Notes under the pieces: generated by a model
The model's database searches: none
Told to the model about the DNA's origin: nothing
The model's input: the letters and a program-made list of their open reading frames with translations, nothing else
Program-made: the position numbers and the translations under genes
NCBI GenBank assembly: GCA_964504875.1
Contig: CAZDFJ010000001.1
Location: 43,863 to 107,862, forward strand
Reading direction: 5' to 3'
From: an uncultured Burkholderiales bacterium
Lineage (GTDB): Bacteria; Pseudomonadota; Gammaproteobacteria; Burkholderiales; CAZDFJ01
DNA: 64,000 bases
Part shown: piece after piece, positions 39,597-47,154 of the stretch
Numbering within the stretch: the first letter of the stretch is position 1
How the letters are laid out: every line of letters starts with the position of its first letter

Positions 39597-41105
39597 TTAA
39601 GATAAGTTGGCTTTTTTATCGACTTCAATAATTTCTGTATGTTTCGCTTTCGTTTTTAGATCGCGGGCAGTCACATGCAAAATGCGGTTTTTATCAAATT
39701 CAAAAGTGACTTCAATTTTAGGTTCCCCTTTTTTTGCCTGTTCAATCTGTTCCAACTGAAACCCTCCATAATACTCATCATTTGTAATATTGTCTTCGTC
39801 TTCCCCTTCATAGACATTAATTTGAATGGATTTCTGCTTATCAAAAGTTGTGGTAAAAATATCTGATTGTCTACAAGGATAAGGAGCGTTGCGTTCAAGA
39901 ATTTTAGCAAATGTTTTATTTGCTAACTCAATTCCCAAAGAATGAGACAGAATATCATGCACCTCAATTGTTTCTTGAATGCTTGAGCTTTCTTTAGCTA
40001 AAATCGCCGCACCCATAGCGACTAATTTGCCTAAATCTTTATCTGCAAAACATTTTTCTGTACCGAAAAGCTGCGTAATATATTCACGGATGGCAGGAAT
40101 ATACGCACTCCCTCCAACTAAAATGACCTTATCAATATGACGGGGTAAATATTGATTTTCTTCTAGACAACGTTCTGTCACGCGCTTAATTTTTTTCAAT
40201 AAAGGGGCGGCTTCCTCATTGAATTGTGCTCGTGTTAATGTTAAAGCAAGGTGACGTTCTTCTCCAGCATAATGAAACAAATGCGGTAAATCAATTTGAA
40301 TACTTTCACTGCTCGAAAGTTCAATTTTTGCGGTTTCAGCTGCATCAAGCAAACGTTGCTTAGCATTCGTAAACTCAGCCGCATCGGTTAAACCAGAGGT
40401 TTTAAAATCACTTAAATCAACCCCTTCTTGCATCCGCAAATGGGCTAAGCAATATTCTAAAATAACTGTATCAAAATTATCTCCACCCAAATGTGTATCA
40501 CCCTGAATCGTTTGCGTCTGAAATTGTTTTTTAGGTTGATCTGTTGTGGCTTTTAAAATACACACATCTAGGGTGCCTCCCCCTAAATCAAAGACAAAAA
40601 GTTGCCCGACTTCTTCACGTTCTATGCCATAAGCAATCGCAGCAGCCACAGGTTCTGTAATAATTCTTTCAACACATAAACCGGCAGCGTCTCCTGCTTT
40701 TTTCGTTTCATCGACCTGTGCAGAAGTAAAATAAGCGGGAACTGTAATCACGGCCTGAATGCAATCTTCGGCTGATAATTTAAATTGTTTTCTCACAGCG
40801 AAGGCCACTTCTTTGAGGATTTCTGTTGCAACAGTCGTCGCCGAGAAAGTTTGGTCTTCAATTTGCCAGAGATGATTCAAGTCGCCTAAGTGTGTTTTAG
40901 CAGAGTGAATGTAATTTTCTGCATATAAAACCGCTTTCTTTTTTGCATTTTCGCCGACAGTTATTTTGCCATCTTTATATAAGAGAACAGAAGGTAAAAA
41001 CGCTTTATTTTTAAATTTAATACATTCAAATTTGCCTTTCTCCAAAGTGATACACACTGTATTTGTTGTTCCCAAATCAATACCCACAGAAAAAACACGA
41101 GACAT
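39597..41105 (-). CDS. lid-less Hsp70-like ATPase (paralogue 3, last gene of operon)
   Basis: 502 aa. Actin-fold/Hsp70 motifs [22 protein letters not shown]…IITEPVAAAIAYG, DLGGGTLDVCIL and LVGGSAYIP. An SBD-beta-like region (…DILSHSLGIE…VYEGE…) follows, and the protein ends without the helical lid. Confidence 0.85.
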   Translation of the reverse strand: MSRVFSVGIDLGTTNTVCITLEKGKFECIKFKNKAFLPSVLLYKDGKITVGENAKKKAVLYAENYIHSAKTHLGDLNHLWQIEDQTFSATTVATEILKEVAFAVRKQFKLSAEDCIQAVITVPAYFTSAQVDETKKAGDAAGLCVERIITEPVAAAIAYGIEREEVGQLFVFDLGGGTLDVCILKATTDQPKKQFQTQTIQGDTHLGGDNFDTVILEYCLAHLRMQEGVDLSDFKTSGLTDAAEFTNAKQRLLDAAETAKIELSSSESIQIDLPHLFHYAGEERHLALTLTRAQFNEEAAPLLKKIKRVTERCLEENQYLPRHIDKVILVGGSAYIPAIREYITQLFGTEKCFADKDLGKLVAMGAAILAKESSSIQETIEVHDILSHSLGIELANKTFAKILERNAPYPCRQSDIFTTTFDKQKSIQINVYEGEDEDNITNDEYYGGFQLEQIEQAKKGEPKIEVTFEFDKNRILHVTARDLKTKAKHTEIIEVDKKANLS

Positions 41106-41136
41106 TTTTTTTCCTTTATTTTTCAGTTAATATGTA

Positions 41137-42303
41137 TTAATCCTGTTCGAAAGGATTGATGGGTGCTTTTTCTGTCATTTCTTTTGTAATAACAGGGTCA
41201 GCCCCTTGCATCCCATCAGAATGATTAGAATCAAAAGTCAACATCGCCTCAAGGGGAGCCGGAAGCATTTTAATATTATTCAATTCTGTGCGCAGGGCAT
41301 CACGCTCTTCAATCAGTTCCGTAATCGTTTCTTGTGCATTTTGGAGTTGATTTGTGACAGTTATTCTTTCCTGATCGCGTTCTTGATTAAATGTTTTGAT
41401 TTGCTGTTTGAGCCCCTCGTTTTCTTCAGCTTGACTTTCTGACTCTGCTTTTAACGCATAGATTTTTTTGTCTTTTTCTTCAAGTATCTTGTGGCATGCT
41501 GCCAGATCTTTTTGTTGTTTTTCTTGAGCTTGATCCAGACCTTTTTTCTCTTGAAAAAGTACTTCCACTTCTGTTTGTAAATGACAAATTTGTAGAGATT
41601 GTGCCTGCTCTACTGTTTTTATTTCACCCAATTGTTTTTCAAGCTGAGCCAATTGCTGCCGCATTGCTTGAACCTGTTGTTCTAATTGTATTTTTTCCTG
41701 CTTCTCATGATCAATTTGAAGCATTAATACTGCAATTTTTTCTTCTTGAAACTGTAATAAATTTTCTTTTTTAGCAAAATCATCTTGTTTTTGTTGTTTT
41801 TCTCGTAAAAATAGCATTTTTTCTTGTTCAAATTGTTGAATTGCTTCTTGCGTATCCAAATAATGTAAGCCACCAGAAAAAAGCAAATCTGTTATTTCAT
41901 GCATGTTTTGCCGTAAAGCATATAACTGATTTTTATCAACACTTTTTATGCTAAATTTATTGCTCAATGAAACATATTGTTTTTCTGCTAAAATTTCTGT
42001 CAAATCTTCAGTAATATTCTCGCGTATTGTGGTTAAATTTTGTTGAATTTGTTGAGTCTGGTTTTTCAGAAAAAGGCATGTATCTTGAATCTGTTTCGTC
42101 AGGCTCATACTATCTTGAACATGTTTTGGTAAAGTTTCCAAATATTTTAATTTTTTAAATTCATGATGTACATCTTCTTGGGTCGTTTTAATTTCATCAT
42201 GGACTTTCTCAATGATTTGCGTGACATTTTGGATTGTTTTTGTGTCACATTCTGGGTTTTCCACAGTATTAGACGTTGTAGAATTTGATTCAAGATAATC
42301 CAT
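41137..42303 (-). CDS. coiled-coil protein (Q/E/K-rich), unknown function
   Basis: 388 aa. Residues ~170-340 are a near-continuous heptad-like Q/E/K/L stretch (…LEQQVQAMRQQLAQLEKQLGEIK…). The acidic C-terminal tail is …EKAPINPFEQD. I recognise no catalytic motif. Confidence 0.7.
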   Translation of the reverse strand: MDYLESNSTTSNTVENPECDTKTIQNVTQIIEKVHDEIKTTQEDVHHEFKKLKYLETLPKHVQDSMSLTKQIQDTCLFLKNQTQQIQQNLTTIRENITEDLTEILAEKQYVSLSNKFSIKSVDKNQLYALRQNMHEITDLLFSGGLHYLDTQEAIQQFEQEKMLFLREKQQKQDDFAKKENLLQFQEEKIAVLMLQIDHEKQEKIQLEQQVQAMRQQLAQLEKQLGEIKTVEQAQSLQICHLQTEVEVLFQEKKGLDQAQEKQQKDLAACHKILEEKDKKIYALKAESESQAEENEGLKQQIKTFNQERDQERITVTNQLQNAQETITELIEERDALRTELNNIKMLPAPLEAMLTFDSNHSDGMQGADPVITKEMTEKAPINPFEQD

Positions 42304-42327
42304 TTTTTCCTCGCTTACTTATTGATT

Positions 42328-43830
42328 TTAAAAAGATTCATAGATGACTTCGCCTTCTTTTTTGAGCTGCCCTTTACTATCTAAAAGACGGTATTTAACT
42401 ATTCCGCTTTGTTCTGCTAAAGCCAATTGTACGCCACAAACATGTTCTGGAAATAAACAATACGGCACATAAATTGTGCCAATATGCTGCCATGTTTCTG
42501 GTTGTGCCAATTCTCCTTGATAAATTTTCATCGACATTGCCTGTTTTGTCCCTGGTTTAAATCGAAACATTTTTGGCGCCGAAAAAATACCGTAACGTTC
42601 ATTTCGCTGAATTAATGGCGAAAAAATCCCTTGCTTCAACAAAAGTCCTACCGCATGACTACTGCGAATCTTTACCTCATATGTCAGTGACTTTGATATT
42701 AATTTACCCGCATAAAGTCCTGCTCCTTTACCTACCATGGTAATGGCTTCAGGCGTAGTTTCAGGGGCTTGATTAAAAAATTGAGTGACGGTTTCTACAA
42801 CCAGCGGCACATGACAGGTTCCCCCCACTAAGATAATTTTGTCAATCGCCTGAGGTAATAAATGAATTTCATCCAGTACGCGATGTAAGGTTGTATGAAT
42901 ATTTTCAACAAATTGTGTTTGCCGAATCCAATCATTAAATTCATTCGGTGTCACTGATTCTATTTCTAAATAATGTTTTTTCTGAAGCCCCTCAACCATG
43001 ACATATTCTTCATCTGATTCTGTCAAATTTTCTTTTAATAACTTGGCTTCTGTCATGAGTTTAAAATGGTCTTGTACCCGTTCCGTCTCGGGAATATGAT
43101 GCCATGTCTCAGGAAGAGCTTGTTTAAATTTCTCAAAAAGAACAGTGTCTAAATCTACCCCACCCAAAGTGGCATGGCCATCTGTATTGAGCACATCTAA
43201 TACTAATTGATTTTGCTGAAATGCTAATTTAAAAATACTCACATCTAACGTGCCTCCTCCAAAGTCAAAAACGAGAAGGGTTTGCGGCGTCGCAAGAGAG
43301 GCTGGATCCGGAATGGCAAGGCTATAACTGATTGCCGCCGCAACAGGTTCTTCAATCAAATGCAATATATTGAGACCCGCTGCCTCAGCCGCCTGTTTAA
43401 TGCACAGTCGTTGAAGCTGTTTAAAAGCAAAAGGAATACTAATCACAACTCCTTCTATTTTTTCTGACCCTGTTTGTGATTCAATTTTACCCTTTAGCCA
43501 AAGAAAAACATCCCGAACAACTGTCATCGCCTCAATCTCTTGATTGAGCGCAGGAATAAATTGCCGCCAGGTTGGATCATCCAAACAACGCTTAATATTC
43601 CGCACGCAATTTTCTGGATGCGTCATTCCTTTTTTGAGGGCGAGTTCTCCCACAATAAAATTTGTAGGCGATTCATAGTAAATCGCATTGTCTATAAAAC
43701 GTTTATTTAAACCACTTAAATTGGGAATTTCTTCAACGTCCTGTTTTTGCGGATTCCAACGCGTGATATATAGTGTACTCGTTCCAAAATCAATACCCAG
43801 ATAAAGACTCATTATTTCACTTTCCAGCAA
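42328..43830 (-). CDS. lid-less Hsp70-like ATPase (paralogue 2, most divergent)
   Basis: 500 aa. Carries GIDFGTSTLYI, VISIPFAFKQ…LIEEPVAAAISY, FDFGGGTLDVSIF and LVGGTCHVP, with a short beta-rich C-terminus. The start overlaps the upstream gene by 19 nt. Confidence 0.8.
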   Translation of the reverse strand: MLESEIMSLYLGIDFGTSTLYITRWNPQKQDVEEIPNLSGLNKRFIDNAIYYESPTNFIVGELALKKGMTHPENCVRNIKRCLDDPTWRQFIPALNQEIEAMTVVRDVFLWLKGKIESQTGSEKIEGVVISIPFAFKQLQRLCIKQAAEAAGLNILHLIEEPVAAAISYSLAIPDPASLATPQTLLVFDFGGGTLDVSIFKLAFQQNQLVLDVLNTDGHATLGGVDLDTVLFEKFKQALPETWHHIPETERVQDHFKLMTEAKLLKENLTESDEEYVMVEGLQKKHYLEIESVTPNEFNDWIRQTQFVENIHTTLHRVLDEIHLLPQAIDKIILVGGTCHVPLVVETVTQFFNQAPETTPEAITMVGKGAGLYAGKLISKSLTYEVKIRSSHAVGLLLKQGIFSPLIQRNERYGIFSAPKMFRFKPGTKQAMSMKIYQGELAQPETWQHIGTIYVPYCLFPEHVCGVQLALAEQSGIVKYRLLDSKGQLKKEGEVIYESF

Positions 43831-44762
43831 ATTGCTTGCCCTTCGGCAATAATATATTCATCACTAAAATAATAGGCATATTGTAACACTTCTTTAACAC
43901 AATCTTTTTTACTCAAATCAGGGGTCTCATTTGATCCATCCATAATTGGCACGGGGGTATATAAATCATAATTAATTTTATCATTAGGCTGAAGAACAGC
44001 TGTTTTTACCCCTAATTTAGACAAGAAAAGATTAAATATTTCAATGCAGTTTATATAATAAAGTGCAACAGATGGATCCTTATGAATATGCGCCTGCAAG
44101 CCACGTGCTAAAGTCGGAACAATTAATTTAATGAGCGTATCTCCCAATATTTTTGTTAAAAACTCAGCAAAAATATGCTGATATTCAATAATTAAATCAA
44201 TTTCTTGTAATTTATTTTTTAAATAATTTCGGCGCGTATGAAATGGTTGGTCCACTTTTTCCATTAAACGATCAAATCCCTCAGGAATGCTATTGGGTCT
44301 ATCTTTTCGCCATTGATTTTTTACATCTTGATAAGGAGATAAAATATGCTGTTCAATTATTTGTTCTAATTGACTAAATTTTGTCTCAGTCAGTAAAGAA
44401 TAAACTGGCGCTATAATAGAATTTTTTATGACAAAATAATCAATTACAGGCTCAAAGACAGGATGTGAAATAATATCATCAGAAGAGATTTCTTTTTTCG
44501 CACAACAGATTGTTTTTTCTTGTTTTTGTGGCTTTAAATTAAAACTTAATAGGGGTTGCCATTGTTCTAATCCTATTAATAATTGGCGTGTTTTTGCTTG
44601 AAATAAAACTAATTTTTCTTCCAAAAATTGATTAGGGATAGGATCAAAATAATCTACAGTCATTTTTTTTTCCATTGAAAATTGATGTAAATTTTTAATC
44701 CAATCTTGTGGAAAAATAAGGTGCGGGCTATATGGTTGATTAAGATTCACGTTTGACATCAA
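43812..44762 (-). CDS. hypothetical protein (possible GrpE-like C-terminal region)
   Basis: 316 aa. It overlaps both neighbours (23 nt and 19 nt), which argues for real, coupled translation. No confident motif. The C-terminal ~70 aa loosely follow the GrpE beta-domain pattern (see finding). Confidence 0.6.
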   Translation of the reverse strand: MMSNVNLNQPYSPHLIFPQDWIKNLHQFSMEKKMTVDYFDPIPNQFLEEKLVLFQAKTRQLLIGLEQWQPLLSFNLKPQKQEKTICCAKKEISSDDIISHPVFEPVIDYFVIKNSIIAPVYSLLTETKFSQLEQIIEQHILSPYQDVKNQWRKDRPNSIPEGFDRLMEKVDQPFHTRRNYLKNKLQEIDLIIEYQHIFAEFLTKILGDTLIKLIVPTLARGLQAHIHKDPSVALYYINCIEIFNLFLSKLGVKTAVLQPNDKINYDLYTPVPIMDGSNETPDLSKKDCVKEVLQYAYYFSDEYIIAEGQAICWKVK

Positions 44763-46827
44763 TCATTTCATCCTTGATACAATTCCCTTGTTTATCAAAA
44801 AGTATCACCTCAACTTTGAGCGTATATTCTTTTGTCATAGAAAATTTGACACAAATATCGACCTCATTTTGACGCATTGGGGGGAGTCCTGAAATAAGAA
44901 TACTTTCTAAATAATCAATCCCTTCTTCTGTTGTCAACTTCGCCGGGCTGCTTTGATGGCGTTGAAAACACTCAATTTGTAATAATTCTTGATAATCTTT
45001 AATTAATTGATATGTTTTTTCACATGTTACAGGTAAATCTTCCCCTGATGGGATCAGACAATCAAAAATTCGTCCATTGACTGCCACTCCAAAATCATGA
45101 TTCGTTCGATCATATGTTTTCGGCTGATATTTAATTCCTGTTTCTGAGATATTAAACTTCGCCGCTGCCAATAATGCCGCCCCTTCTGCAATAACTGTTT
45201 GCACATTACGGGCGGAACGAATAGTCACCTCTTTGAAAAAATCCGCCGCTTTTTGTTGCAATAATGGAATTTTTGACGTCCCTCCAGCCAGTAGCACATC
45301 ATGAATTTGTGACAAATTGAGGCCAGAAATCTGAATAGTTTGTTTGAGCGCGTTTTCCACATGTGGCAGAATATTTTTTGACAATATTTTATTAAAATCA
45401 TTACGGGAAAGCGTCATTGTATGATGTAATGTCTGATCTTTTTTTACATATAAATCAGGGAGATCAATCGTGGCTGTTTCAAGATCTGTGAGTTCAATTT
45501 TCGCTTGTTCTGCCATATTACGCAAGGTCGTCATGTTTTCTAAATAATGCTGATCAGATAATCCTGAATCTTCTTTTGTCCATAAATTAAGTGCATATTG
45601 ATCATCTAATTCTTCTTGTAGTTTTTCGACAATATAAGTAGTAATATTCTCCCCCCCTAATTTAGGATTGCCATCTGTTGCCTTTGTTTTAAAGACGCCT
45701 TTTCCATCGGAATGAACAATTGAAACATCAAAGGTCCCACCACCAAAATCATAAACTAATAAGTTTAAGTTTTGTCCTTGATTTTCAAAGCCATAAGCAA
45801 CAGCGGCAGCATTCGGTTCGCGCTCAATTTCAACAGTGTCAAATCCTGCAAGAAGCGCTGCTTGTTTTGTAGCTTCCACTTCGACAGTAGAAAAATTGGC
45901 AGGAACAGTGATCACGGCTTTACTTACTGCACCTAACGCATTTTGCGCCTGTTCTTTTAAGTAACGTAAAAAATAAGTGGTCGCTTCCAATCCATTTAAA
46001 TAAAATGCATCTTCAATCTCTTCTGCCGTTTCTTCTTGTTGCTCAATATCATTAATTTCATCAATTTGGATAAAAAAACCGGCATCATAATACTGACATT
46101 TATAATGTAACTCTGCGGCAATTTTTTGATAATTTGCGTCCCGCGTCAAAATAATCGGTTGGCGCGGTTTCAATTCTGCTGCCAATGCTAAACACGCTTG
46201 CTGGGATTTAGAACAACTTTGGATAGCAGAAGGATTGATTTCCTTGAGATAAGTAAAATCTTCTGAATGAACAGTCAATCTATCAGAATATTGATTCACA
46301 AAATTGAGTGCTTTTTCAATGTCATTATTAGCGCTGAGAAAAAAGATTTCATCCAAATATTCATGATAGTGGGCGGGGATCAAAATAGTATCTGTTTGCG
46401 CTAATTGACCAAGAAAATGACTATCAAGCGAAGGCAACAACGCCGCGTCTACAAGATATGTTTTTGCTAGTGATTTTGTTGGAATTTTTGATTTTTGAAT
46501 CGTCTCTAAAAGGACTTTTAAATTCCGATTTTCACTGTGCATATGGCGTTTAAACAATGTGACAAGTCGTTCTGGATGAATCGCTCCCCGTTTTAACGCA
46601 TCCACACCACAATAAAATTTTTCTTTTGTCTCAAAATAAAGGGCACTGGGAATAATTTCTTTATTTTTAACCTTAAGAATTTTAACTTTCCCTTGTTCAA
46701 CATAAGCCACAATTGAATTAGTTGTCCCTAAATCAATGCCAATTTCACGCCCCTCGACTTCTTCAAACTCGATATCTTCATCAATTTCACACGTATTCAA
46801 TTGATCATTATTTGTTTCAACATTCAT
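44740..46827 (-). CDS. lid-less Hsp70-like ATPase with ~180-aa insertion (PIN-like motifs) in the nucleotide-binding domain (paralogue 1)
   Basis: 695 aa. Carries [12 protein letters not shown], then the insertion at residues ~100-278, then VITVPANFSTVE…EREPNAAAVAYG, YDFGGGTFDVSIV and LAGGTSKIP. An SBD-beta-like end follows, with no lid. Confidence 0.85.
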   Translation of the reverse strand: MNVETNNDQLNTCEIDEDIEFEEVEGREIGIDLGTTNSIVAYVEQGKVKILKVKNKEIIPSALYFETKEKFYCGVDALKRGAIHPERLVTLFKRHMHSENRNLKVLLETIQKSKIPTKSLAKTYLVDAALLPSLDSHFLGQLAQTDTILIPAHYHEYLDEIFFLSANNDIEKALNFVNQYSDRLTVHSEDFTYLKEINPSAIQSCSKSQQACLALAAELKPRQPIILTRDANYQKIAAELHYKCQYYDAGFFIQIDEINDIEQQEETAEEIEDAFYLNGLEATTYFLRYLKEQAQNALGAVSKAVITVPANFSTVEVEATKQAALLAGFDTVEIEREPNAAAVAYGFENQGQNLNLLVYDFGGGTFDVSIVHSDGKGVFKTKATDGNPKLGGENITTYIVEKLQEELDDQYALNLWTKEDSGLSDQHYLENMTTLRNMAEQAKIELTDLETATIDLPDLYVKKDQTLHHTMTLSRNDFNKILSKNILPHVENALKQTIQISGLNLSQIHDVLLAGGTSKIPLLQQKAADFFKEVTIRSARNVQTVIAEGAALLAAAKFNISETGIKYQPKTYDRTNHDFGVAVNGRIFDCLIPSGEDLPVTCEKTYQLIKDYQELLQIECFQRHQSSPAKLTTEEGIDYLESILISGLPPMRQNEVDICVKFSMTKEYTLKVEVILFDKQGNCIKDEMIDVKRES

Positions 46828-46866
46828 TTTTTATTCCTTTTTGGGTTTTCATACGTTGGCGTCATC

Positions 46867-46895
46867 ACTATGCGCGAAACATTTTTATTTGTCAA
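46867..46895 (-). promoter_or_regulatory. candidate sigma-70 promoter of the Hsp70-like operon
   Basis: On the minus strand, TTGACA (46895-46890), a 17-nt spacer, then CATAGT (46872-46867), about 40 nt upstream of the ATG. An AAGGA RBS precedes the start. Confidence 0.4.
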
Positions 46896-47154
46896 CACAC
46901 GCTATTTTAAAATAAAAAGTCCTTCTTTTTTTCCCATTGTCATTATTTATTTAAATAAATAAATGGATTTAATAACAACTTAAATCATTTTTTATATTAA
47001 ATTTTAATATTTTTTTATTATAAAAAATCACAAAATGAAGTCTTTCCCTTTTCAAAAAATCATGTTTATGACTTGAAGATTTCCCATAACACCAAATCTA
47101 TTTTAGAATATTCAAATTAATTAATTTAATTTATTCATTAAAAAGGTTTAAATC

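Noticed and set aside
39597-46827. Interpretation of the three Hsp70-like genes as an ordinary dnaK-grpE-dnaJ or hscC-type chaperone locus, or as duplicates of the neighbouring hscA.
   Set aside because: There is no J-domain (HPD) protein in or next to the operon. All three lack the helical lid, and they are strongly diverged from HscA and from one another. One carries a large foreign insertion. The partner genes (coiled-coil and unknown proteins) are not canonical co-chaperones.
46944-46961. An 18-nt perfect palindrome, TATTTATTTAAATAAATA, upstream of the Hsp70-like operon promoter as an operator.
   Set aside because: It consists only of A and T in a region that is almost pure A/T, so such palindromes arise easily by chance. 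I note it only as something to mutate if the promoter is studied.
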